Virus record (IMG/VR): IMGVR_UViG_3300022561_000003
Strand: one strand, 5' to 3'
Source: a virus
Length of the DNA stretch: 45,929 bases
The notes beneath the pieces are model-generated. The model did not search any database. It had not been told where the DNA came from and saw only the letters and a list, made by a program, of their open reading frames with translations. The translations under genes and the position numbers were made by a program. This document shows positions 16,717 to 27,180 of the stretch, piece after piece. The first letter of the stretch is position 1. Each line of letters opens with the position of its first letter.

Positions 16717-18666
16717 ATGAATAGATTAATTGAATTAACAGACTTATTAAAACAAGCCTCGGCAGCCTATTATAATTCTGATACTAGTTTTTACACTGAC
16801 AAACAGTTTGACGCCCTCCTTGACGAGCTGAAGGCACTAGAAACATCATCAGGAGTAGTATTATCAGGTAGTCCAACAAGTAATGTAGGATATGAAGTCA
16901 AGTCAAAACTAACTAAAGTTTCTCATTCAATTCCACTCCGTTCACTTGGTAAAACTAAAACAATTAAAGATTTAGAATACTTTCAAGGCAGTCAAGATTG
17001 TGAGTTAATGCTTAAGGGGGATGGACTTACAAATGAAATTATATATGACAATGGAATATTAATTCAGGGTAGCACCAGAGGAAATGGAGAGATAGGAGAA
17101 GATATAACTCATAATGTAAAAACTTACAACAAAATACCTTTAACTATTGATTTCAAAGGATATTTAAAAGTTGTAGGTGAGGCCGTAATATTTGATGAGG
17201 ATTTTACAATAGTGAATGAAAAAGCTGGAGGAAAGTATTCTAATTCAAGAAATCTAGTAGCAGGAAGTGTGAGACAATTAGATTCTAAAATATGTGCTGC
17301 TAGAAATGTAAACTTTATGGCTTTTGGAATATTAGAAATGAAAATTGATGGAGTAGACAAAAACTATAATAAGTTTCATAAGCAATTAGAATTTTTAGGT
17401 GACTTAGGTTTTTATGTTGTACCTCATGTTATGACTGAGAAGAAAGATGATTTAGAAGTTATTATAGATAGTATGAAAGAATTAGCAAAACAAATAGGAG
17501 TTCCTATTGATGGAATGGTATTGAAGTTTAATGATATTTCTTATGGAGAAAGTTTAGGATCAACTTCACATCATCCATTAAATGCTATTGCTTTTAAGTT
17601 TTATGATGAAGAATCTGAAACTGAATATATTACTACAGAATGGAATACTTCACGTACAGGACAGTTAAACCCAGTAGCTATATTTCAACCTACAGAAATA
17701 GAATCTTCTATAGTGGAAAGAGCTACACTTCATAATGTAGATTATTTTAGAGAGTTACAATTAGGTAAAGGAGATATTATCACATTGATAAAAGCTAATC
17801 AAGTTATTCCTAAAGTAACAGGGAACTTAACGAGAAGTAATACTGAATTAATTCCTGAAGAATGTCCGGTATGTAATAGTAAAACAGAAGTAAGATTATT
17901 AAAAACTGCTCATGTATTATTTTGCACAAATGAAGATTGTCCATCTAAAAAAGTAGCTCAGTTTGAACATTTTTGTAGCAGAGATGCTATGAATATTTTA
18001 GGACTTGGAGAGGCAATAATCGAAACATTTATAAATATGGGGCTCCTAAGTAATTTGCCAGATATTTATAGATTGCAAGATTATAGATTTAGGATAATTG
18101 CTCTTGAAGGATTTGGAGAGAAATCATATAACAAGATAATTCAAGCTGTTGAAAATTCAAGAGTATGTAAGTTAGAAAATTTTATATATGCTTTAGGAAT
18201 CCCAAATGTTGGTAAAGGTACTGCAAAAGATTTGTGTAATTATTTTAAAGGCTCTTTTAATAATTTTATAGAGGCTATAGAAAGCAATTTTGATTTTTCT
18301 AATATAAAAGATATAGGAGAAATTACAAGTGAATCTATCTATTTATGGTTTACTGAAGATGTTAAAGATGATCTCTTTGAGTTAGTTCAGTATATTGAAT
18401 TCAGCAAAGAGAAAATTGCAGAAGTAAACACTAAAGGAATATTTGCAGATAAGAAGATTTATTGTACCGGAAGTTTTGCTTCACATAAGAAAGACGAATT
18501 AAAAGTTATTGTAGAAAGTTTAGGAGGAGAGTTTGCTTCAGGATACGCTAAGTCTCTTGATTATTTAGTAGTTGGTTCCTTAAAAGGTAGTGGTAAAGTT
18601 GCAAAGGCCGAGAAAGATGGAGTTAAAGTATTAACCGAGGAACAATTTTTAGAAATGATTAAATAA
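16717..18666 (+). CDS. ligA: NAD-dependent DNA ligase
   Basis: AYY..D..FD, KGDG adenylation motif, STRGNGEIGEDIT, SRTG, Zn finger CPVC..C..C, HhH (ALGIPNVG), C-terminal BRCT; RBS ggagg favours ATG 16717. Confidence 0.97.
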   Translation: MNRLIELTDLLKQASAAYYNSDTSFYTDKQFDALLDELKALETSSGVVLSGSPTSNVGYEVKSKLTKVSHSIPLRSLGKTKTIKDLEYFQGSQDCELMLKGDGLTNEIIYDNGILIQGSTRGNGEIGEDITHNVKTYNKIPLTIDFKGYLKVVGEAVIFDEDFTIVNEKAGGKYSNSRNLVAGSVRQLDSKICAARNVNFMAFGILEMKIDGVDKNYNKFHKQLEFLGDLGFYVVPHVMTEKKDDLEVIIDSMKELAKQIGVPIDGMVLKFNDISYGESLGSTSHHPLNAIAFKFYDEESETEYITTEWNTSRTGQLNPVAIFQPTEIESSIVERATLHNVDYFRELQLGKGDIITLIKANQVIPKVTGNLTRSNTELIPEECPVCNSKTEVRLLKTAHVLFCTNEDCPSKKVAQFEHFCSRDAMNILGLGEAIIETFINMGLLSNLPDIYRLQDYRFRIIALEGFGEKSYNKIIQAVENSRVCKLENFIYALGIPNVGKGTAKDLCNYFKGSFNNFIEAIESNFDFSNIKDIGEITSESIYLWFTEDVKDDLFELVQYIEFSKEKIAEVNTKGIFADKKIYCTGSFASHKKDELKVIVESLGGEFASGYAKSLDYLVVGSLKGSGKVAKAEKDGVKVLTEEQFLEMIK

Positions 18667-18677
18667 AGGAGGCCATT

Positions 18678-18905
18678 ATGGTAAAGAAAGTAATAATAGA
18701 AAAAGATGATGAACGGAAAATGTTAAAGTGGGATGAGGAAAGACTTAGTGTTTTCAGGGAAAGATATAATACTCTTGGTGCTGAAGAAACAGAATATGTT
18801 ATAGGTTTAGATATTGCTAGTACGGATTCTGTAGATTGCAGTGGAATGTGTCATTTCAAGATCGTTGATGGAGAATATATTTTTGATGGGGTTGTTACAT
18901 TATGA
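18678..18905 (+). CDS. hypothetical phage protein
   Basis: RBS aaggagg. Confidence 0.7.
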   Translation: MVKKVIIEKDDERKMLKWDEERLSVFRERYNTLGAEETEYVIGLDIASTDSVDCSGMCHFKIVDGEYIFDGVVTL

Positions 18906-19087
18906 TTTACACGCATAATTGCAGAAATAAGGAATGTGATAATTTCGGAGATTTTGACTTAGATTTAGCTATGAGGGAGATTCCATTGAAGGAATGCCCA
19001 AAGTGTCACCAGAGCGTCATTAGAGTGTATAAATCAGTTAATGTAGATTTATCATTTAAAGGATCGTACAATTCCACTAGGAAGTAA
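18902..19087 (+). CDS. FmdB-like zinc-ribbon protein
   Basis: MIYTHNC...C...CPKC...R.Y....FKGSY. Confidence 0.7.
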   Translation: MIYTHNCRNKECDNFGDFDLDLAMREIPLKECPKCHQSVIRVYKSVNVDLSFKGSYNSTRK

Positions 19088-19143
19088 AAGTTAGTACGTC
19101 ATCCTATGAGAATATGATGAATTAAATTAAAGGAGAAAAAATT

Positions 19144-19413
19144 ATGCAAGAAAGTATTTTAAATGAAACTACAGATACAGAAAAATATTGGTGTGTAATT
19201 AGACTAACCGACAAAGATGGAAATATAACATATAGATGTGATGAGCATGACACACCATTTTGCAAAGAATTAATAAATGCAAAACAGTATGAATATTTCT
19301 TAGAGGATGAGCTTGAGGCATCAATGCAAAGTTTTTCTTATGGATTAGATTTAAATAATTTTAAAATAGAGATTAAAAAAATCAGAATTAAATATGAGAT
19401 TATAGAATTTTAG
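19144..19413 (+). CDS. hypothetical phage protein
   Basis: RBS aaggag. Confidence 0.7.
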   Translation: MQESILNETTDTEKYWCVIRLTDKDGNITYRCDEHDTPFCKELINAKQYEYFLEDELEASMQSFSYGLDLNNFKIEIKKIRIKYEIIEF

Positions 19414-19505
19414 TTACGTAATACAAATATAGATGATAAAACATCTTATAAAATTTATGTTTTAAAAGAATATAAAATAAATACCAAATTATTTCAATTA
19501 TTCTA

Positions 19506-19534
19506 TTGACAATTAAATGATAATTTAGTATTCT
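19506..19534 (+). promoter_or_regulatory. sigma-A promoter overlapped by operator-like motif
   Basis: TTGACA-17-TATTCT; ACAATTAAATGATAATT. Confidence 0.75.
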
Positions 19535-19577
19535 TAATACAAGGGAATAATTACTAATAAAGTTGAGGAGGAAAGGA

Positions 19578-19805
19578 ATGAGAATTGTAGTCGGTGAAAG
19601 TTATAAGGTGGCAAAGAATAGACACACATATTACGGTAGCTGCGATGATATAAAAGCTCTGGAGGGTAAAGCAGTTAAAGTGGTTAAGATATATGATTAT
19701 CCAGAGGAAGAATCTCCTTATGATATTGAAGATCTAAATGGAGAAGTACATACTGTTGAAGCTTGTAATTTACAAGAATTAAATAATAATTTAACGGAGG
19801 TATAA
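19578..19805 (+). CDS. small SH3-like barrel protein, paralog of N-terminus of 19808 protein
   Basis: IVVGESYKVAKNR..Y.GSCDDIKALEG...EACNL.ELNNN is repeated in the next gene. Confidence 0.7.
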   Translation: MRIVVGESYKVAKNRHTYYGSCDDIKALEGKAVKVVKIYDYPEEESPYDIEDLNGEVHTVEACNLQELNNNLTEV

Positions 19806-19807
19806 AA

Positions 19808-21517
19808 ATGAATATTATAGTAGGAAATAGTTACAGGGTAGTAAAAAATAGAGATAGTCAATATGGCGGATGTAATGATATAAAATTAATAGAAGGCATG
19901 ATTGTCAAGGTAACAAATTCTGATACTAATTTCCGAAGAGAAGGTTCTTTTGATATTACAGATGAAAAAGGAGGAGAACACTGTTGCGAGGCATGTAATT
20001 TAACAGAAATAAATAATAATGAGGAGAAAAAAGTTATGAAGAAAATATTAAAAGTATTATGTGTGAATAATGGTTTCTACAATTTAAGTAATAGACAATT
20101 TTGTACAGAGGGAAGAGAGTATAAAGTAATCGAAGAAACAGACAAAACTCTTACAATCCTGGATGATGGAGAATATGAAAATGAAGTAGAGTTTAGAAGT
20201 AATAAATGGTTTGAGTTACTATATGAAGAAAAGGAGAATGTTGTTGTGAAAATGTTTAAAATAGGAGATAAAGTAAAAATAGTAAATAAGGAAATAATGC
20301 TATCAAGTATTGTAGAAGTAAATATAGGAGATACAGCAGTAATTGAAAAAACTTTAGGCTTTGACAATGAGTATAAAATAATAATGGATAAAGATAATGA
20401 TTGGTGGTATGCAAAAGCTGAAGAGTTAGAATTAATTATAAATAATCCTAAGTTTGAAATAATAATTGAAGGGGATACAACTACAGTAAGGTTAGATGAT
20501 GGTGTTGAAGGCGTAGCAAGACGTTACTACAAGGATGAATATAGTAGAGGGTTTGGAATAGTTGCAGCTCTATCAAAAGCTTTAGACATAGATTTAGTAG
20601 CTGAAGTACTAAAAGTTGTTAAGTCGTATGATAAACCTACAGTGGAAGAAATTAAGGCATTTGCAGATAGAACTGCATTTAGATACAATAAATTTAAAGT
20701 AGGGGATATTGTAACAGGGTTAGATGATGGTACAGAATGGGGTATTACAAATATAAATATGACTAAGGGAAAAGTTATACAGGCTAGATTAAGATTTGTT
20801 TGTATTGAAGTATTAGAACATAAAGATAAAAGTCAAATAGGATATATAAGTGGAGAAATTGAATCTAAATACTTTAAATTAGTAGAAACGAAAAAAGATC
20901 CTAAATTTGGAATTGGAGATATTACTATTAGTAATAAAACTACTGGAGAAGTAATATATAAAGGTAAAGGAAATATAACTTCAGACGTATCGTTTAAAAA
21001 GACAATTTTAAAGGAAGGAGTTAAGATAGAGCCAATAACATTTAAAAAGGGTGACAAGGTAAGGATTTGGGAAGGAATAGTGGTTGATCAGAAATATGAT
21101 GGGGAATGTCAAGTTACATCGGATATGAGAAGGTATATCAACAAAGAAACAATAATAGTTGGAGAAAAATATCATAACACTAGATTTGAATTAGAAATAG
21201 ATGGTGGTGATTGGTCATGGAGTCCTAGTATGCTTGAGTTAGTTAAAGAGAAAGAGTTAAAAGTTGGAGACAGAGTTTACTATAAGAGTATGAATGGAAC
21301 ATATGCTGTGTGTGAAATCAACAGAATAAAAGGAAAAGAGGTATGGGGAAAATGGTCTGGTAAATACTTTGATACTATAGAAGAGTTGCCTAAGACAATA
21401 AATGAATTTGAAGAGGTCAGAAAGAATTCAGGTAAAACATTTGTGCAGTTGTTTCAAGTTAAAAAGCTCATTTTAATAGATGATACTAAACCAAAAAATC
21501 CAGTAATAAGATGGTAA
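19808..21517 (+). CDS. multidomain phage protein built from repeated SH3/KOW-like modules
   Basis: Repeated (F/L)KxGDxV starts and LEL/FKL ends; internal RBS-like sites. Confidence 0.75.
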   Translation: MNIIVGNSYRVVKNRDSQYGGCNDIKLIEGMIVKVTNSDTNFRREGSFDITDEKGGEHCCEACNLTEINNNEEKKVMKKILKVLCVNNGFYNLSNRQFCTEGREYKVIEETDKTLTILDDGEYENEVEFRSNKWFELLYEEKENVVVKMFKIGDKVKIVNKEIMLSSIVEVNIGDTAVIEKTLGFDNEYKIIMDKDNDWWYAKAEELELIINNPKFEIIIEGDTTTVRLDDGVEGVARRYYKDEYSRGFGIVAALSKALDIDLVAEVLKVVKSYDKPTVEEIKAFADRTAFRYNKFKVGDIVTGLDDGTEWGITNINMTKGKVIQARLRFVCIEVLEHKDKSQIGYISGEIESKYFKLVETKKDPKFGIGDITISNKTTGEVIYKGKGNITSDVSFKKTILKEGVKIEPITFKKGDKVRIWEGIVVDQKYDGECQVTSDMRRYINKETIIVGEKYHNTRFELEIDGGDWSWSPSMLELVKEKELKVGDRVYYKSMNGTYAVCEINRIKGKEVWGKWSGKYFDTIEELPKTINEFEEVRKNSGKTFVQLFQVKKLILIDDTKPKNPVIRW

Positions 21518-21537
21518 CAATTGAATAATAATTAAAG

Positions 21538-21571
21538 TTTGAGGGAATATCGATTAATATATCTCCTCAAA
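21538..21571. terminator. hairpin/terminator
   Basis: TTTGAGG...CCTCAAA. Confidence 0.5.
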
Positions 21572-21671
21572 TAAATAAAAATAAATTAGAACTGATGTTC
21601 TGTTTCGACAAATTATTACTTAAATTAGGTATATAATATAATTATAACTAATAAATAATATCTTAGGAGGA

Positions 21672-21902
21672 ATGATTATGATAATAAAAGATCTGGTAGA
21701 ATCTGATTATGAGGAAAAGTATAGTAGGCTAAGTGCAAGTAGACAGTTAAAATATCAAATAATTGACAATGAAATAGAAAAGGAAGATCAGGAATACATA
21801 GTTGCTATTGATATGGATGAAGAGAATGAGGTAGGGCATATCATAAAAATGCACTATGATGATAGAGGATATTTAATTACAGATGGTGCAGAGATGTTCT
21901 AA
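21672..21902 (+). CDS. acidic hypothetical protein, paralog of 6251..6484
   Basis: shared IIKMH and LITD..E.F; RBS aggagg. Confidence 0.75.
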   Translation: MIMIIKDLVESDYEEKYSRLSASRQLKYQIIDNEIEKEDQEYIVAIDMDEENEVGHIIKMHYDDRGYLITDGAEMF

Positions 21903-21987
21903 TGTAGGGGCTGCTAGATGGGAGAAGTTTAGCAGCCAGATTGTAACAATAGTTTGAGAAATAAATAATAATTAAGGAGGTGACTAT

Positions 21988-22161
21988 ATGTGTGAACATA
22001 AATGGGTATTTCAAGAATCATCATATGCTCATAGCTTTGGAAGTTATAATGATGTATTTGACAGGGTAGATACTTATTATTGTGAAAAATGTTTAGAGAT
22101 GAAGGAAGTTAATGCTAAACATGAAAATGCCAGAAGTGCGCCATATTGGTATAAGAAATAA
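21988..22161 (+). CDS. 57-aa Cys/His protein (MCEHKW...YYCEKC)
   Basis: RBS aaggaggtg; not in ORF track. Confidence 0.7.
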   Translation: MCEHKWVFQESSYAHSFGSYNDVFDRVDTYYCEKCLEMKEVNAKHENARSAPYWYKK

Positions 22162-22212
22162 TATCTTATCAAATGAAGATTTTAAAAGATTAATAAAGGA
22201 GGGAACATTACA

Positions 22213-22416
22213 ATGAAATATTATGTGAAAGATTTAGAAGAAAAGAGCAATCCATATCCTTGTACAAATTGTAGTCATGGAAGTGGAAGTTATAGTAATG
22301 GAGAAGATAAAAATGGAAAGTACATTGAATCTAAGAGTTGTAGGGATGATGGAAAATGTTCGGAATATAAAGAATACAACGAGAGAAAAGCTCTTAATCA
22401 AAATATTCTACTTTAA
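22213..22416 (+). CDS. small Cys-rich protein (putative cassette gene)
   Basis: between sites 22169 and 22414. Confidence 0.7.
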   Translation: MKYYVKDLEEKSNPYPCTNCSHGSGSYSNGEDKNGKYIESKSCRDDGKCSEYKEYNERKALNQNILL

Positions 22417-22468
22417 AAGTTGAGTTTTATTGTATATAAAAATAATTTAAAATATCTTTAGGAAACTG

Positions 22469-22497
22469 TTGACAACTAAACAATAATTTAGTATTAT
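22469..22497 (+). promoter_or_regulatory. sigma-A promoter of the replication operon overlapped by operator-like motif
   Basis: TTGACA-17-TATTAT; ACAACTAAACAATAATT 22472-22488. Confidence 0.8.
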
Positions 22498-22636
22498 ATA
22501 GGTAAGGGTTTATTTTGTAAGGGAGGGATTGCATGGTAATGGTAAGAGGATCACCTGGAGGGTTGAAGTACAATTAGATAATACTTGATGAATTAAAATA
22601 TAGGGTAGCAACCTCATAGCTGAAGGAGTAAAGGAT

Positions 22637-23857
22637 ATGAATAATACATTCGAAGTTACAGGATTAATTACGATGGGGAAAGAGTCAGAAAAATTTAAAC
22701 CTTATTCAACTACAACATCTGTAAAAGGATGGACTACAGAAGTATTTCAACCTACTTTAGTAGCTGGATGCAATCGACACTTCACAAGAATAAAAGGATT
22801 CCATAAAGCAGATGGCACTGGAAAAGTATTTACACTCTCTAAAGGTGAGTTTGATGAAAAGACAAAAGAAAAAGTTAAAGGAACAAAATTACAAATTACA
22901 TGGGCAGATAGAAACTTGCCTGAAGTAGTAGAGCAAGTTGCAGAATTTAAGAAATTTGTAGTTGATCTTGAGGAACCAAATAGAAGATATCTACTAGAAA
23001 AAGCTTTAGAGAAAGTTAAAGATGGAACTATAACAGAAGAAGAACTTATATCAGCAGATGCCCAGGATGCAGAAGATGTTGAAAAAGAATTAATAGCAAG
23101 TAAGAAAAAAAGAAAAGAGTTTATCCATGAGGCAGATTTTATAAATCTTGTTAAGCAAATAATAGAGTCTGGTAAATATTCTCAGAGATTATTCAAGACG
23201 ATGGGAGAACTTCAATTCACAGAGTATCAAGGTAAGTTCAGAGAGAATATGGTTCCTTCAAGAATATATCTAGCAGAAGAAGACGCAGTTCCAAGCTCTA
23301 TAGGAAATATAACAATATTCTTCAAAGAAGATGCTGTAGTAGATGCCAAAGATGGATACTTAATCAATGGATTTGTAAGAAACTATGATAATGACAGAAA
23401 AGAAGAAATAGGAGCTCCTATAGAATTATGGTTAGATACAACTAATGATGATACAGATATTAAGAGAGAGAAATTACATAAACTCTTAGTAAGTCAATTT
23501 ACAGTTAATGATGAAAGCTATAAAGAAATAGGATGTAGAGTTCATATATTAGATGGTTCTCAGAAAGTGGATATTACTGAAGATATGCTAAATGATTTTC
23601 AGAAAGAAATGATTGAACTTGGAGTTATGACATTTGATGATGTTAGAGCAGAATTAGGTGGAGATTTATATGGAGATAAAGTTAAGAAAATGGTCGTCGA
23701 TACAGTCTCTAAGGGATATTCAAAAGGTAGAAAAGATACTCTATATAAAGATTCTGATTTCATTGTAAAAGCTATTGAATTAAAAGAAGATCCTAAGCCA
23801 GCAGAAAAGAAAGATGATGAAGATGGTTCCGGAGATATATTTGAAGGTCTATATTAA
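22637..23857 (+). CDS. putative ssDNA-binding/replication protein (SPbeta YorF-like position)
   Basis: N-terminal NTFEVTG, acidic C-terminal tail DDEDGSGDIFEGLY, position before AAA ATPase. Confidence 0.55.
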   Translation: MNNTFEVTGLITMGKESEKFKPYSTTTSVKGWTTEVFQPTLVAGCNRHFTRIKGFHKADGTGKVFTLSKGEFDEKTKEKVKGTKLQITWADRNLPEVVEQVAEFKKFVVDLEEPNRRYLLEKALEKVKDGTITEEELISADAQDAEDVEKELIASKKKRKEFIHEADFINLVKQIIESGKYSQRLFKTMGELQFTEYQGKFRENMVPSRIYLAEEDAVPSSIGNITIFFKEDAVVDAKDGYLINGFVRNYDNDRKEEIGAPIELWLDTTNDDTDIKREKLHKLLVSQFTVNDESYKEIGCRVHILDGSQKVDITEDMLNDFQKEMIELGVMTFDDVRAELGGDLYGDKVKKMVVDTVSKGYSKGRKDTLYKDSDFIVKAIELKEDPKPAEKKDDEDGSGDIFEGLY

Positions 23858-23913
23858 AAAAATTATAAACTAAACGACAATTAAATAATAATTATGAAAG
23901 AAGGTATTTATTA

Positions 23914-25077
23914 ATGGCAGAAAGAAGAAAAATAGGTTCAGTAACTAAGGTGGCTACAGATTTTGCAGATTATAGTTATATGCTTAACGGTACAGCAGGT
24001 ATAGGTAAAACTACCACAGCAGTAGAGATAGGGCAAAAATTATATGGAGGAGATGGTGTTCTTCTCCTTACCATAGGAGAGGAGCCTAAACCTGAACATA
24101 TGGGAAATGTATTAAATGAAGTTGCTAAGGATTGGGCAGATTTCGCTGAAATACTCAAACTACTTATTAAGTATAAGAAAGAAGATTATCCAAACTTAAG
24201 AATGGTGGCATTTGATACTACAAACGAGATATTCAGATTAGCTGAAGCTTTCATTGTAGATAAATATAACAATGCTAATCCTACTAAAAAAGTGGGAAGT
24301 ATAAAAGGAGCATATGGTGGATTTCAAGCTGGAGAAAATATGGTAGTTGATTTAGTTGTAAGAGCTGTGTTCCCTCTAAGAAATGTTGGAATTTGTCCTT
24401 TCTTTATTGGACACACAAAGAAAAAGAGCATTAAGGATATTCAAACAGATATAGAATATGAGGTAACAACATCAGATTTAGACTCTAAATACTATAATGC
24501 AATTAAAGATAGAGTATCTATTGTTGGATGTGCTTATGTTGAAAGGGTAATGAATGATGTAAAAACTGTAGAAGATGCTTTCTCCAAGAAAAACAAGCAA
24601 GTGGGTAGGATTGAAAGTGAAAAGAGAGTAATTGCTTTTAGAGATGAAGAACATTCAATAGATAATAAATCTCATCTTAAATTTATTGAAGCAAAAGTAG
24701 ATTTTACCTCTGACGATATTATAAAAGGAATTGAAGTTGCAATAGAAAAACAAGTAGCATTCTACAAAAATCCAGTAGATAAAATAGAAACTCCTAAAAA
24801 GGAATCTGTAGCTACTAAGGAACCTATTGTTGAAACAACTACAAATGATTTAATAGGATCAGAGGCTGAAATACCAACAAAGGATATGACCGTAGATTCT
24901 GCTAAAAACAAAGAATTACTAAAAGAAATAACAGTAATATTAAAAGCTTTGGGAGCTAAAAAAGATCAATCTAAAATGCCAGGAGTAAAAGATATATTTA
25001 CAGAATATGGAGCAAGTAAATTAGATCCTGCTGCACCAACAGAGATGTTTGTAAAAGTATTGGAATATATTCAATAA
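23914..25077 (+). CDS. AAA_24/Sak4-like P-loop ATPase (YorG-like)
   Basis: Walker A GTAGIGKTT, Walker B VAFDT, GAYGGF, FIGHTK. Confidence 0.8.
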   Translation: MAERRKIGSVTKVATDFADYSYMLNGTAGIGKTTTAVEIGQKLYGGDGVLLLTIGEEPKPEHMGNVLNEVAKDWADFAEILKLLIKYKKEDYPNLRMVAFDTTNEIFRLAEAFIVDKYNNANPTKKVGSIKGAYGGFQAGENMVVDLVVRAVFPLRNVGICPFFIGHTKKKSIKDIQTDIEYEVTTSDLDSKYYNAIKDRVSIVGCAYVERVMNDVKTVEDAFSKKNKQVGRIESEKRVIAFRDEEHSIDNKSHLKFIEAKVDFTSDDIIKGIEVAIEKQVAFYKNPVDKIETPKKESVATKEPIVETTTNDLIGSEAEIPTKDMTVDSAKNKELLKEITVILKALGAKKDQSKMPGVKDIFTEYGASKLDPAAPTEMFVKVLEYIQ

Positions 25078-25083
25078 TTGAAT

Positions 25084-25111
25084 AGGGGATTAATTTCCCC
25101 TTTATTTATTT
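25084..25111 (+). terminator. rho-independent terminator-like hairpin
   Basis: AGGGGA-ttaatt-TCCCCT followed by T-rich tract. Confidence 0.6.
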
Positions 25112-25127
25112 AAAAAGAGGTGAGTAA

Positions 25128-25604
25128 ATGTTAGTAATTTGTAGAGCATGTAAGAAAAAGAATGATAGAGATATTTCCTATAAGGTAATTATTAACGGTA
25201 AAAATCATTATTACTGTAATGAAAAAGAATATTTAGATGAAATTGTAGCAAGAAAAGCAAAACTAGAAGTATTTGAATTATGTACAGAAATATTAGGAAG
25301 TACGACAAATACAATTTTATTTAAAGAAATAACTGAAATAGCCAATATTCATACATATGTAAAAATACTGGGATATCTTACGGATAATATTGAAAAAATA
25401 AATGGATTTATGTCAAAATCTTTTAGTTCAGAATACGGAAAGATAAAATATTTCACAACTATTTTAAAAAATAATATTGGAGATTATGTAGTTGAGACAA
25501 AAATAGAAAGATTCATAGAAGCAGAAACAACTGAAGTTAATTATAAAAGGAGAGATAGAAAGAAAAGTTTAAGCCAATATATAGACGAATATGAGGGGGA
25601 ATAA
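25128..25604 (+). CDS. Zn-binding hypothetical replication protein (YorH-like position)
   Basis: CRAC...YYC; between ATPase and helicase. Confidence 0.65.
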   Translation: MLVICRACKKKNDRDISYKVIINGKNHYYCNEKEYLDEIVARKAKLEVFELCTEILGSTTNTILFKEITEIANIHTYVKILGYLTDNIEKINGFMSKSFSSEYGKIKYFTTILKNNIGDYVVETKIERFIEAETTEVNYKRRDRKKSLSQYIDEYEGE

Positions 25605-25606
25605 AT

Positions 25607-27166
25607 TTGAGTGATATTTTTATTACAGGAGTTGAAGAAAGGTATCCAAAGGAGTTATTAGAGAATAGAGCAATGCATGAGGGTAATTGTATAGCAATCA
25701 TTTTTAAGGATATTTTAACACTTGATGAAATAAGTTTAAAATCTACTGACTTCATTACTCAGGATGGCAAGTTTTACTTTGAAATAGCCAGTAATGTCCG
25801 TAAGAAAGGGTTTAACGTTATAGACGATGTTACAATCTTCTCAGAATGTGGAGATGTAATTACTAATGGATATGAAAAAAGAGGTGGGTGGCAGTCTATT
25901 CAGGATATTGTAGATGTTGTGAATGACAAGAATGCTGAGAGCTATTTAGATACTCTAGATAGAGAAAATGTAATGTTAAAATTACATGATCTAGGAATGA
26001 ATTTATTAAAACCTATTCAAGATAGTGGAAAAGAAATAATTCCTTATAAGTTGTTTAGAAAAATGGATAGTGAGAGTGTCGTGGAATGGTACGAAAGTAA
26101 AATCAATGAATTTTCTACAAGCAATAGCACTAAGGTTATTGAAGAAGGTAATTTAGAGATAACAGACGAATACTTAGAGGGGTTGCAACAAGGACTAGAA
26201 AGTGGTGTCCCATTCGATATCTGTGGAAAAGACATTAATGGAGAAGACATTAAATGTTTCCCTTATATGAGCAATGAAATAGGTGGATTAATGGATGAAA
26301 CATTAAATATGTTATCAGGATTCAGTTCAAGTGGTAAAACCACAGCATGGACTACAATCATGATGGGATTGCAATATAGAGGAAGGAAAATAATAATTAT
26401 ATCAAATGAACAAAAATCAAGCGTATTTAAAATGCAATTTCTGACATGGCTACTTTCAAAGTATTTTAAGTATTTTAAAGTAACAAAGAAAAAAATAAAG
26501 AATAAGAGTGAACTAACTCAAGAAGATAAAATTATGATTAAAAAGGCTCAAATACTATGGAATGAGAAATATCAAAGTAGTTTTAAATTTGTTAGAATTA
26601 CTGACGCAGATATGTCAGTAGTAAAAAAGAAGGTAAGAAAATATGCGCTTAATGATGGATTTGATACATTCTTGTACGATACTTTTAAAGTTGAATTAGA
26701 TGGTGGAAATGGTGATAATAATCATTTAAAATTAATAAAAGATTCAAGAACTTTAGATATTTTATGTAAGAAGTATAAATTACTTGGTCTTGCAAGTATG
26801 CAGTTAGCTGAAGGAATGGTAGGAACATTATTTTTAAATGCTGGAGTATTATCTCAAAGCAAACAAGTAAAGGAAATATTAGAAAGTCTAACTATGATGA
26901 GGCCTACGTTCCTAGAAGAATTAGACTCCACGAATAAAAAGTTTTATTGTAAACCATTCAGAAGAAAACAAATTAATGGGAAATGGATTCAAGAAGATTA
27001 TACTCCAGATCCGACAGGAGTATATAGGACTATATTCTTTGAGAAAACAAGAAATGGAGTAAGTTCTAATGATACCGGAGTTTGTATGTTATGGAAGTTC
27101 AATGGGAATAATGGAACCTTTGTAGAGTCTGCATATTGCATGCCCAAGCATGGGCGAATAGGTTAA
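25607..27166 (+). CDS. DnaB-like replicative helicase
   Basis: Walker A GFSSSGKTT, ISNEQ, LYDTFK, SMQL, EKTRNG; TTG start with RBS gagggg. Confidence 0.85.
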   Translation: MSDIFITGVEERYPKELLENRAMHEGNCIAIIFKDILTLDEISLKSTDFITQDGKFYFEIASNVRKKGFNVIDDVTIFSECGDVITNGYEKRGGWQSIQDIVDVVNDKNAESYLDTLDRENVMLKLHDLGMNLLKPIQDSGKEIIPYKLFRKMDSESVVEWYESKINEFSTSNSTKVIEEGNLEITDEYLEGLQQGLESGVPFDICGKDINGEDIKCFPYMSNEIGGLMDETLNMLSGFSSSGKTTAWTTIMMGLQYRGRKIIIISNEQKSSVFKMQFLTWLLSKYFKYFKVTKKKIKNKSELTQEDKIMIKKAQILWNEKYQSSFKFVRITDADMSVVKKKVRKYALNDGFDTFLYDTFKVELDGGNGDNNHLKLIKDSRTLDILCKKYKLLGLASMQLAEGMVGTLFLNAGVLSQSKQVKEILESLTMMRPTFLEELDSTNKKFYCKPFRRKQINGKWIQEDYTPDPTGVYRTIFFEKTRNGVSSNDTGVCMLWKFNGNNGTFVESAYCMPKHGRIG

Positions 27167-27180
27167 AGAAAGGAGAATAT

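Noticed and set aside
22500-22636. Purine-rich 5' leader of the replication operon as a riboswitch/ncRNA or 14-codon leader peptide
   Set aside because: No convincing stem or known motif visible by eye; would need Infernal/Rfam
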